64,000 bases of DNA from a virus, in the IMG/VR virus record IMGVR_UViG_3300009128_001633, positions 31,857-95,856 of that record. One strand, written 5' to 3'. The notes under the pieces are model-generated. The model saw nothing but the letters and a program-made list of their open reading frames with translations. It was not told the DNA's origin and did not search any database. Below, piece by piece: positions 19,800 to 29,400 of the stretch (positions within the stretch are counted from its first letter, which is position 1; each line of letters begins with the position of its first letter). The position numbers were made by a program, and so were the translations under genes.

Positions 19800-20329
19800 T
19801 ATGCAACCGAAACATCATTCCATCTAAATACAAAATCTCCAGCAGAATCTCTACGAATATCCGTAACACGATATTCTTCAGAAACTGGTATTGACTTAAT
19901 GTATTGTTCTAAACTAACTTCACTCTCGGCTTTTCGTGCCATTGAAATAGCTTTTTCAGCTTCTGAATCGACAATAACAGCATATGACTCTGCTATATCG
20001 GCTATTGAATCACCAACGACACCAAAAGACTCTCCACGACGTGCAATCGAGATAGATTTCTCACCTTCAGACTTGGCAAGTTCAGTTTCTGAATCAACAA
20101 TAACAGCATATGACTGTGCTAACACAGCTATTGATCTTGCTTCAGAAGGATCAGTAGAAAGATCAGCTTCCGACCTAGCTTCACTGGCTTCATCTTCAGC
20201 TATTCTTGCAATTGATATTGCCTTCTCAACTTCCGATTTTGAAAGTTCAGTTTCTGAGTCAACAATAGTAGCATATGACTTTGCAGTAGAAACATCATTT
20301 GGATCAAACTTAGTAGTTTGTATTGCCAT
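19799..20329 (-). CDS. Ser/Ala/Glu-rich internally repeated protein
   Basis: Three copies of AxSYAxIVDSE...EKxISxAR. Confidence 0.7.
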   Translation of the reverse strand: MAIQTTKFDPNDVSTAKSYATIVDSETELSKSEVEKAISIARIAEDEASEARSEADLSTDPSEARSIAVLAQSYAVIVDSETELAKSEGEKSISIARRGESFGVVGDSIADIAESYAVIVDSEAEKAISMARKAESEVSLEQYIKSIPVSEEYRVTDIRRDSAGDFVFRWNDVSVA

Positions 20330-20330
20330 A

Positions 20331-21452
20331 TCATACCTCCATAATCTTAATTATGTCACTAACCATACTATCTAATTGATAATCTCTTAAATGAGAAAAC
20401 TTCTCCTCATAAGCATGTTCACCAACTTTCTTGACACTATGGTTGAATAATTCTTTATTTTTTAAGTAACTATATAACTCTTTGTGACTTTCTGATTTAA
20501 GGGAGACCTCTCTCTTTAACGCTTCCTCTAAACCATCACAAAACTTTTGCCAACTAAACTGTTTAATTTTTACCAATCCAGATCTAGAAAGAATTACTCT
20601 AAGTTCACCATTATTTTTCAAAATACTATAAAACCTAGCTATTGTTTCTGGATTTACGTCAGGAATAACTAACGCTGTCTCATTGTTTATGGCAAAATTA
20701 GTAGTTCCAGCACTTGTACAAATAACTGGAGTTCCACACGCCATCGCTTCAGCAGCAGTATTACACCATCCAGCAAGACCTTCGGCACTTATGAAAATAT
20801 CAGCTTTACTATACATTTCCCTTAAACTATCTTGCGGTGGATTAACGTAATGTTCTATTTCTAATGGTGTGTCATACTTCCATTTCTGTACATCATATAG
20901 CATTAATACTGGTGGATCTTTAACTAATTCTAATGCCTTAACGATATTACCAGTATTTTTCCATCCACGATCAAACTTTGCATAAATAAGAACTCTAAAT
21001 TTATCATCTTTCTCAACTTCAACAGGATAAAATTGCTCAAGATTCACACCACCACTTATTGTATAACCTTTATTATTGAACTTTTGTGGAAACCTTTTCT
21101 CCCAACCATTTGAAACACCTATTAATATATAATCACTTTTAATATCATATGTACCAATACCATACCTTCTTGTATATGGAAAAATAATAAAAACAAATTT
21201 CTTTTGAGCATTGCATCTATCAAATATATCTAATGAAGGTGCATCACCACACATAAGCACTTCATGTTTAACACTATGTACATTTTCAATTGGTGACAAT
21301 TTACCATTATATTTAAACCAATCTGGAGGAGAACCATCACTGTGATATATTGTATAATCATATCCCCTGATAACCATCTCATTACCTATCTCAAGAAATC
21401 TCTTAACTCCTCCGTATAATTTCAAATGTGGTAATATAACGCTTATTTTCAT
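20331..21452 (-). CDS. Glycosyltransferase family 4
   Basis: YGGVKR; MYSKADIFIS...EAMACGTPVICT...FSWQ. Confidence 0.92.
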   Translation of the reverse strand: MKISVILPHLKLYGGVKRFLEIGNEMVIRGYDYTIYHSDGSPPDWFKYNGKLSPIENVHSVKHEVLMCGDAPSLDIFDRCNAQKKFVFIIFPYTRRYGIGTYDIKSDYILIGVSNGWEKRFPQKFNNKGYTISGGVNLEQFYPVEVEKDDKFRVLIYAKFDRGWKNTGNIVKALELVKDPPVLMLYDVQKWKYDTPLEIEHYVNPPQDSLREMYSKADIFISAEGLAGWCNTAAEAMACGTPVICTSAGTTNFAINNETALVIPDVNPETIARFYSILKNNGELRVILSRSGLVKIKQFSWQKFCDGLEEALKREVSLKSESHKELYSYLKNKELFNHSVKKVGEHAYEEKFSHLRDYQLDSMVSDIIKIMEV

Positions 21453-21468
21453 TTTGCCCTCCTAAGAA

Positions 21469-21654
21469 TTAAATCGGACTATCATCCCATTCCAAAGCAA
21501 ATTGTCCATCGGCCTCTCTTTTAATCCTAACAACAGTATATTGTCCAGGATCTGGAATTGACTGTACTGCTCTCTGTAAAACAAGTTTATTAGCATCTGT
21601 CAATAGTCTACTTTCATCATCATTAACTTGTGTACTCATTCTTACTTGAGACAT
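21469..21654 (-). CDS. Small protein paralogous to C-terminus of 19799-20329
   Basis: VQSIPDPGQYTVVRIKREADGQFALEWDD vs IKSIPVSEEYRVTDIRRDSAGDFVFRWND. Confidence 0.6.
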   Translation of the reverse strand: MSQVRMSTQVNDDESRLLTDANKLVLQRAVQSIPDPGQYTVVRIKREADGQFALEWDDSPI

Positions 21655-21663
21655 AATAAACTC

Positions 21664-21909
21664 CTAACTACTTTTTATATAATGAACCCATAAAGTGTCA
21701 GCCGGAACAGGAGTTGACAATGGTGCATTAGTCATAACGAAACCATTAAGATTACCATTTTCAGCATAATCAGTATCTCTGATTTGTAATAAACCATTCA
21801 AATATACTTCTAGAGATTCAGTAACAAAAGTATATGAACAAGAGAATGTTTTATTAGAACCATCTATCGTTCCTGATGGTGTTTCATGAAATTCATGTTC
21901 GTGAGTCAT
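21664..21909 (-). CDS. Small virion beta-domain protein
   Basis: ETPSGTIDGSNKTF...VYLNGLLQ...DY; start taken at MTHEHE. Confidence 0.65.
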   Translation of the reverse strand: MTHEHEFHETPSGTIDGSNKTFSCSYTFVTESLEVYLNGLLQIRDTDYAENGNLNGFVMTNAPLSTPVPADTLWVHYIKSS

Positions 21910-21916
21910 AACAAAC

Positions 21917-22336
21917 CTACATAGTTGATTTAAGATAAATACCCCAAACAACATCACCACTCTCAGGAGCAGTCGTAAAAATAACCTTATTACTCTGCAC
22001 TCGCTCCTGATAATCAATATTATATTGCAACTGCAAACCATTCATAAAAAGCCTGACTGACCTTCCGACAAACTGTTGAGAAAAAATAAATTCAGTATTA
22101 GTGCCATTTATTAAGCCTGTTGGTATCTCGCACACATGATCATGATCAACAAGGAAACCATAGAAACTAACCTCATAATCAAGCTCATTAGAAAGCTGTT
22201 CAGCGACAATTCCAACTTGTGAAGTTGTTACATTATAATTAATCTCATTTTTGTCAATCTCATAAGTTAATGTTTGAGCTGACAGAAATTCATAATTAAT
22301 CTCATTTGTTATCTGTTCTGAAACTATTTTTCCCAT
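21917..22336 (-). CDS. Virion protein, paralogue of 21664-21909
   Basis: EIPTGLINGTNTEF...LFMNGLQL...DY...FTTAPESGD. Confidence 0.65.
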   Translation of the reverse strand: MGKIVSEQITNEINYEFLSAQTLTYEIDKNEINYNVTTSQVGIVAEQLSNELDYEVSFYGFLVDHDHVCEIPTGLINGTNTEFIFSQQFVGRSVRLFMNGLQLQYNIDYQERVQSNKVIFTTAPESGDVVWGIYLKSTM

Positions 22337-22614
22337 TATACTGCCAACACTTCTATATTTTCATCTATGATGGTATATATCTCAGTATCCTTAGTGACAA
22401 CCCAAATAAATTTATACTCTCCAGCAGCAGCAGTGACATTAGAAAAAGTAATTGTGTAATAAATTTGATTACCAGAAGCTCCAGCATTAGTAGTATCGAC
22501 AATAGTTGTTCCACCTTTTGTAATTTTTATAGTAGCAGAATCTGGCTCAAAATCGGCATTATCTAAGTATAACGCTAAAGTTATTATTCTCGCATCACCG
22601 ACATAAAGTTTCAT
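22336..22614 (-). CDS. Small Ig/BppU-N-like structural protein
   Basis: YVGD...ATIKITK...IYYT...AGEYKFIW beta-sandwich pattern. Confidence 0.5.
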   Translation of the reverse strand: MKLYVGDARIITLALYLDNADFEPDSATIKITKGGTTIVDTTNAGASGNQIYYTITFSNVTAAAGEYKFIWVVTKDTEIYTIIDENIEVLAV

Positions 22615-22616
22615 TT

Positions 22617-23126
22617 CTAATCTCCAATCGTAGGATCACTAGGCCATCTATTACTTTGAACTTCATCTATAACCTCAGTATTCCAATTAAATTCAACAAG
22701 ACTATCATAATCATTAAGAGCATTTATTTCATCTTCAATTGTATTAGATAAAGCTCTGACATTACTTCTAAAATCAGAAATATTTTTTGGAACATCAATG
22801 CTTTCAACACTCCTTATTACATACCAATCTGTATTATTAAGAAGAGATTTAGCTTGTTCTTTAACTTTTTTAATTAACATACCTTTAAGATCATCAATGG
22901 ACATTTTCGGTTCTATCTTATGAACTCTAGTAACAACTCCATTTAATTCAGAATCAACATGACTAACGGATTTATAGTAAATTTGATTAAATCCTTTTTC
23001 TACAAATTGTTTGATGTTAAGTTCATCAAGTGTATCTGGTTTATCAAAAATATTTGATTTGTGAAACTTTCCATCTAATATAAACTCTTTTCTATTAATC
23101 ACTCTTCCATCTGGTAATAACCACAT
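22617..23126 (-). CDS. Tail fibre assembly chaperone-like protein
   Basis: LLNNTDWYVIR...FRSNVR...WPSDP; follows the fibre genes. Confidence 0.7.
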   Translation of the reverse strand: MWLLPDGRVINRKEFILDGKFHKSNIFDKPDTLDELNIKQFVEKGFNQIYYKSVSHVDSELNGVVTRVHKIEPKMSIDDLKGMLIKKVKEQAKSLLNNTDWYVIRSVESIDVPKNISDFRSNVRALSNTIEDEINALNDYDSLVEFNWNTEVIDEVQSNRWPSDPTIGD

Positions 23127-23144
23127 TTGTTTTTTCCTCCTTTA

Positions 23145-23456
23145 TTATAATACTTTATCAGGATCCCAGTTATCCGTTCCTTTTGGAACAACCTGAAAAC
23201 AATCCTTATTATCCACTACTCTCTGTATGCCATTAGGATGCAAGGACTCAAGTTCCTCCATATTCATAATATACCTTCCATCCGGAACATATTCCTGATC
23301 TTCATCCACGGCAACCAAACAAGAAACATCTTCAATTTCATCCATTTTCATTATCGCTGCAAGACATTGATTACCTCTATTAACAACATAAGTACCACCA
23401 TCCCTAATATTAGAACAGGATAGAGGATTTTTCAGTCCAATGATTACCATTTCCAC
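23145..23456 (-). CDS. Hypothetical protein
   Basis: ORF collinear with the operon. Confidence 0.5.
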   Translation of the reverse strand: MEMVIIGLKNPLSCSNIRDGGTYVVNRGNQCLAAIMKMDEIEDVSCLVAVDEDQEYVPDGRYIMNMEELESLHPNGIQRVVDNKDCFQVVPKGTDNWDPDKVL

Positions 23457-23495
23457 TTACGTCCGTTCCAGCGCCATTCCCTTCCTCTATCATCT

Positions 23496-24413
23496 CTATG
23501 CTGCATCGTCTATTAAAAGGTCTGTTGACATCAAATGATAAAATAAATTTCCGCTCATACTTTCAGCTCCATGCCCTGTCATTATATAATTTTTCGTAAA
23601 ATCACCATTGGCAAATCCCCATGCGGCAGCACTATCCCATGACCAGGTCAGGTCTGACTTTTTTGTGGGCTGCCCATTGACGCCGCTGCCTCCTGTCCCA
23701 TTCTGAAAGCCAATGACAAACTTGGAACCGGTTACATTATACGCTACAAAATAGACGACCCCACCGCCGACATCCACGGCGGTATCTCCCGTATGGTTAC
23801 CGGTCTGAACGGTAGCATCCATCACATTAACGTTTATAAAACTGTTTGCTGATAATACTGCAATGGCAATATGATCAGTAGCCCACACACCTTCTAAATT
23901 GATCCAGGAAGGGTTGTTGTCGGTAAGGGTAACGTTAGAAATCTTGGTGATTATAGTACAGTTACCGCCACCATTAGCAGCGAAGTTATTGCAAAGACCG
24001 GTTGTGAACGAAAAATAATCTTCCGCATCCAACGCCCTTGACGGTGGTGATCCTGTTGCCCCAGCTATGCTGGCACCTGCATCCGTAAAAACAAGATCAG
24101 CTCCAGCAGCAACGCCCTGAGATGTTTCATTCGCATTGGCCGAGGTGTTCTCCATCATACAGAGGTTTATAGCCTCGCTTGCCCCACCATTAGTAAGGTC
24201 AAGCCCGCTTTCTGTTGATTCGTCCCAGTTGACATACAGCGACGTGCCACCTCCAAAAGCTTTCCTCCTATGTGATAAAACTGGTTGAACATAACCATTA
24301 TTATTTTGAAGAATTTTTTTAACTGTACCAGAACTTAAAATATTTCTTTGAAATGGGAATAGCCCTTTATGAATAAGATCCAATGTAAAATTTTTAAACT
24401 TATCAAGTATCAT
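23496..24413 (-). CDS. Putative receptor-binding/lectin-like tail-associated protein
   Basis: Basic leader ending HRRKAFGGG, then a beta-rich domain with markedly higher GC. Confidence 0.55.
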   Translation of the reverse strand: MILDKFKNFTLDLIHKGLFPFQRNILSSGTVKKILQNNNGYVQPVLSHRRKAFGGGTSLYVNWDESTESGLDLTNGGASEAINLCMMENTSANANETSQGVAAGADLVFTDAGASIAGATGSPPSRALDAEDYFSFTTGLCNNFAANGGGNCTIITKISNVTLTDNNPSWINLEGVWATDHIAIAVLSANSFINVNVMDATVQTGNHTGDTAVDVGGGVVYFVAYNVTGSKFVIGFQNGTGGSGVNGQPTKKSDLTWSWDSAAAWGFANGDFTKNYIMTGHGAESMSGNLFYHLMSTDLLIDDAA

Positions 24414-24423
24414 CTTAAACCTC

Positions 24424-25203
24424 CTACCAAGCTGCTACAGCTTTATCTACTTTATATTGAATCCAACAACCAAACAACCATGCATCTTCTGTCATGTCGT
24501 CTGTTCCGCTCACATTTCTAGATACTTTGAATAAAACAAGATCTCCCAACGCTGGAGTACCACCAATTGTTACAGCAGGAGTTGGCCCGGACACATGTAG
24601 ATCAGCATCTTTACCTGCCAAAACTGTATCTGAAATTACTTCTCCTGCATCACCTAATGCAACATCTATGGCATCATCATCACTAATTGCCTGACCTGCA
24701 ATTTGCCATTCTACAGTATCTGCAGCAGAACAAGCAGAATCACCTGGAGCCCAATAGAACTTGACTTTAATGGTTCCACGATCCCAATTCTCAGGCATGG
24801 CAAACTTGAAATTTACAAATTCCTCAGTTGCCCCATCAAAAGCAAAATAATCTAGATCCCAATCATTTGTTGTAAATTCACTAGAACCAGATTCAGCACC
24901 ATTAGTTGTTCCTGTAAGCATTGCTCCAGCATCTATATATATATTTTGATACTGCAAAAGATCACCTAATCCATCAGCAGTTATAGCTCTTGCAGTATCA
25001 GTCATGGCGATAATTTCAGCATTAGTTGCTATTTCTATTTTACCTTTAACAGTAGTTGAAGCATCAGCAACTCCTCCCATTAATGTTTCTGTTCCAGCAT
25101 CATCCTTTTGATACATTAATCCATCTGATTTTGGATATATAGAAACTCTATTAGATGCAGGAGTATCAGGAGCAGCTTGCTCCGTCATTACTATTTTACC
25201 CAT
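24424..25203 (-). CDS. Tail fibre/spike protein (short paralogue)
   Basis: DASTTVKGKIEIATNAE fibre repeat; C-terminal domain shared with 25217-26455. Confidence 0.75.
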   Translation of the reverse strand: MGKIVMTEQAAPDTPASNRVSIYPKSDGLMYQKDDAGTETLMGGVADASTTVKGKIEIATNAEIIAMTDTARAITADGLGDLLQYQNIYIDAGAMLTGTTNGAESGSSEFTTNDWDLDYFAFDGATEEFVNFKFAMPENWDRGTIKVKFYWAPGDSACSAADTVEWQIAGQAISDDDAIDVALGDAGEVISDTVLAGKDADLHVSGPTPAVTIGGTPALGDLVLFKVSRNVSGTDDMTEDAWLFGCWIQYKVDKAVAAW

Positions 25204-25216
25204 AATAAATATCTCC

Positions 25217-26455
25217 TTATGACCAAGCTGTTACTGCTTGATTTATTTTATATTGTATAGCACAACCGAACAACCATGCATCCTCAGTCATATCGTCTGT
25301 TCCACTCACATTTCTACTTATCTTAAATAATATAATATCATCAAGAGCAGGAGTTCCACCTACGGTCACAGCAGGAGTTACCCCAGAAACATGTAGGTCA
25401 TCATTTTTCCCTGCTAAAACAATATCTGATATGACTTGAGTTGTCCCAAGCGTAGCATCAATTGCATCATCATCACTAATTGCAACACCACCAATCTCCC
25501 ACTCAACAGTATCTGCAGCAGTACAAGCACTGTCTCCAGGAGCCCAATAGAACTTGACTCTTATTGTACTGCGATCCCATGCTGATGGAAATCTAAATTT
25601 AAAGCAAACAAATTCCTCAGTTGCCCCATCAAAAGCAAAATAATCAATCTTATGATCATTTGTTGCATATTCGTTGGATCCAGATCCTGCTCCATTAGTT
25701 GTTGTTGCAACCATTGCTCCAGCATCTATGTATATTTCTTGATATTGTAAAATGTCAGCTACAAGATCAGCAGTAATGTATCTAGTAGCATCTGTCATAG
25801 TTAAAAATTCTGCCTGAGTAGCCAACTCAACAATACCCTTAGCTGTAGCTGAGGCATCATCGTATATTCCAGTATTGTATTGTGGTTGTCCATAAAAAAC
25901 ACCACTTAAAGAACCATCCAAAACAGCATCTTGTATGACTATTGATGTTGAAGATGTATAAGTAGAACTAACAACTCTAGAATATTGTGGAGCTCCAGCA
26001 ACTCCCGAAAAATAAACTGGTCTTCCGACTGTATAGACAGCTGTCTGATCACCTGGAAGTGTAAACGTTGTCGTGTTAACATACGTTGCAGTTTCACCTT
26101 CCGTAGACCACCATCCAGATGCAGGAGCAGAACCTTTTAGTGTACCATCTTCATTTAATGCTTGATCAAGTCTAGCATCTAAAGAAGCAGCCGTTCCACG
26201 AGCTTCTATTACTTCATCATTAATAGCAGACTCATAATCTATATCTTCCCAAGTAGCACCATTGTACTTCTTTAACATACCATTTGTGCCAAGATCAGTA
26301 CGATAACATAATTGCCCTGCAACTGGACTAGAAGGGTAAGAAGTTCCAGAGAAACTACTAACAAGAGCAGCTATATGATCCCTTATGATTTGATACAATT
26401 CTCCAAGTGTAGTCACCCCACTCTCAGGCTTAGTTGAATTATAAGTTTGTGACAT
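25217..26455 (-). CDS. Tail fibre protein
   Basis: FSGTSYPSSPVAGQL; EVIEARG..SLDARL; DASATAKGIVELATQAE; follows the tip protein. Confidence 0.8.
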   Translation of the reverse strand: MSQTYNSTKPESGVTTLGELYQIIRDHIAALVSSFSGTSYPSSPVAGQLCYRTDLGTNGMLKKYNGATWEDIDYESAINDEVIEARGTAASLDARLDQALNEDGTLKGSAPASGWWSTEGETATYVNTTTFTLPGDQTAVYTVGRPVYFSGVAGAPQYSRVVSSTYTSSTSIVIQDAVLDGSLSGVFYGQPQYNTGIYDDASATAKGIVELATQAEFLTMTDATRYITADLVADILQYQEIYIDAGAMVATTTNGAGSGSNEYATNDHKIDYFAFDGATEEFVCFKFRFPSAWDRSTIRVKFYWAPGDSACTAADTVEWEIGGVAISDDDAIDATLGTTQVISDIVLAGKNDDLHVSGVTPAVTVGGTPALDDIILFKISRNVSGTDDMTEDAWLFGCAIQYKINQAVTAWS

Positions 26456-26467
26456 TTTTTGACCTCC

Positions 26468-29400
26468 TTAAAAACCTTTAATTCTAAATTTAACTGTACC
26501 ATCTGATGTATTTCCATCGGAATCATATAACTTAACATCGAAAACGGTAAGCGTATCATTGCTCATCACAGGATAAAGACCAGTAGATCCAATAACCGTT
26601 ATACCAACAACATAATGATCCTGAAATGTTAGCCCAAAATCAGATGACATATTAAAAGTTGTCCCACTGGCAGATACACTCTGATTAGAAGATACATAAT
26701 CAATATCAGGAACATCAACTGTCATTGCCAATTTCGTAAACTTTAAATATGAAGTAGTATTGTCTAATTCAAATGCAAACTTTATTTGAAAAGTTCTAGC
26801 CTCAACTTCTACAGACGATGAATATGGCAACCAAGATTCTCCAGTTGGATCAGCTCCTGTGGAATATCTATAGTAATAGCTTAACGCCAGTTCAGAAGTT
26901 ATACTTATATCCGTATCATTAGGATATGTTGTATCCAATCTATCAGGATATGTAAGATCAGTAGTTGATATGTTTTGTGATTCCCATTCAGTGTCAAGTT
27001 TTATACTTATATCATCGCTAATGGTACAATCTATAATTTCTGTTATATATGAACCAGTTAGAACAGAATCACCTTCGTAACTTGTTATGTCTGGATTAGC
27101 AGTTGTGTCAAGCCAACCAGTAATAATTTCGTCATCATCCAGAAACGCATGTGGTACTCCCAAATATGGCGTTGAAGCAGCAACAAATAAACAATTATCC
27201 TTAGTTCCAGGACATGGAGTTGGGCTTAGAGTTATTTCATCTCTTGTTATAATTACGTTAAGATTATTTAAAACATTTCTAACAGTTAAACTAACAGAAT
27301 CTTCTGTGCTTGACTCATTTCCACTGTCATCAACAGCTTTGATCATGTAAATCTTGCTACCATCACTTGTTGGCATGAAATCATAACTATTCTGTTGAAC
27401 GAGATTGACGACAATTGTTCCAGCTCCCCATGTTGGCCCTTCTTTTATTCTGTACCCATCCCTATCAACATCAGTTATGTGATCCCAATTAAAATATACC
27501 CTCCTATCACTGTCTTGATAAACTGTAAAGTTTTCAACATCATCTGGCTTAGCTTGCTTCCATCTAATTGTTATTCTCTCAGTTGTTACGTTTTCAACAG
27601 AATCAGTTGCTCCGGTTAAATCAGATACTCCAACAACAGCTATCTCATACTGATTATTCATTTGCCAATTATCAGATGAAATAAAAGTATTTTCACTTGT
27701 TTCACCTAAATATTGCCAAAATGCATCATCGGCAGTCAAATTTTTCCTATGTATTCTCCAAAAACCCTCAGCAGAACCAGAAGTCTGTTCCCAAGTTATA
27801 TGTAATTCAGATACATAAGCACCACCTTTATTGAATCTTAATCTCTCAGCAATATCGAGTTCAGTCGCGACAGGATAGACAGTTAATGCAGATTCTGTTA
27901 AATAAGTTGGTGTACCCTCCACATACATGGAAGCATTATACTCCGCACCTTGTATTGTTCTTTTAAGTTCACCATTTCTACTTATTGCAGATATTCTGAA
28001 ATTTTTGTACTCAGAACCATCTACACCAAATAGAAAAATATCATATTTCTCAGGAGTTATTGTCCAAGTTCCGCTAATGGTTAGTGTATCAGTTGTTGTA
28101 TTTGAAGTTGTTACAGTTTGTTCTTCGAAAGTATCTGTATCAGAATCACGGATATGAATTTTATATGTGCTAACAGCATCTAGTGTAACTTCTTTATCTA
28201 ATGTAACCGTATTAGAAGTAGCTGATACAACTCTGCCACTATATCCCCATTGTGGAAGGTCACATTGAAATGCAATCACATCACCTATTTGACACCCTAT
28301 TGCGTCAACATCGGCATCAAAACTAATTGCTCTTATTAGATACAAATTGCTTTTTAATAAAAAATCACCAAATTTCCAAGCACGATCATAATTGATACAT
28401 CCATGTAGTGTTATTTGAGCCTTCTTCACAATTAAAGCTGTATTGTAATCATTGCCATATACAGGAAATGTTTCGCGTTGATAACTCCTATCTTCATCAA
28501 AGTATGTCACTTCTACCATATTTGCCCTATCTTCTAATGGCAAATAGTTTATTTTAACAGAATCAGTATAAACATTAGCTGTACTGAACCATTGTCTCAC
28601 AGTATCAGTTTTATCAATCACACATGAAAACTTAGTACCCTTCATAACAACTGACCCATGACCCATTTGACCAACTTGTGCAAGAGCAGACCATATACTC
28701 ATCTGTGAATCAAAATATATATCTACGGTGTATCCATAAGTATCACAATGATTAGCCCAAACTAAAAAATCAGCATATATTATTCTTGAATAATCAACTC
28801 CCTCCAAATGATGAACATCTAAACTAGACCCATCATAATTTATATCGTAGACAGGACGTGTAAGTATATCATAGGAAGCCCATGCTGGATTATCAGAACT
28901 TTTAGCAACCCATTCAGTCCCATCATGTACAGGGACATATCCTCTATCAGCAATACAGGTTACAGTTGGCCGATTTCCAGATATTTGCGAAGTGGCAAGG
29001 ACTCTAACTCCTAACAATGCTGTACTTGGATAAGTAAAATCATCTGGAATTAATTCGGATATACCAACAAGATAAGTCTTATTAATATATCTTGCAGTTG
29101 TTCCACCAAACGAAGAAACTTTAAATCTTGCTTCATATTGACCAACAGGAAGGTTTCTAATAGTATATGTCCTTTTTACAGAACTATTTGAAGCATCAAC
29201 TATGTTAACATAACCTCCAGCACCTCCGGTATTTATATACCTTGTATGATCTGCAGTCCACCAGGTAGGTTGATTCATCGGACTTTCAGTGATCTTAACT
29301 TCAACTGGTTGTCTTCCTATACCAGTTATCGTTACGGAAACATTATACCCAGAAAAACTACCCCAAAGTCTCCAACCACTTGTTGTATCACCACTTGGAT

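Noticed and set aside
21910-22041. Extended start of the 21664 ORF
   Set aside because: Overlaps the 21917-22336 gene; the paralogous domain starts at MTHEHE (21909).
24424-25800. Fibre paralogue repeats as a DGR template/variable pair
   Set aside because: Both copies are coding, differences are not adenine-specific, and no reverse transcriptase lies in the window.
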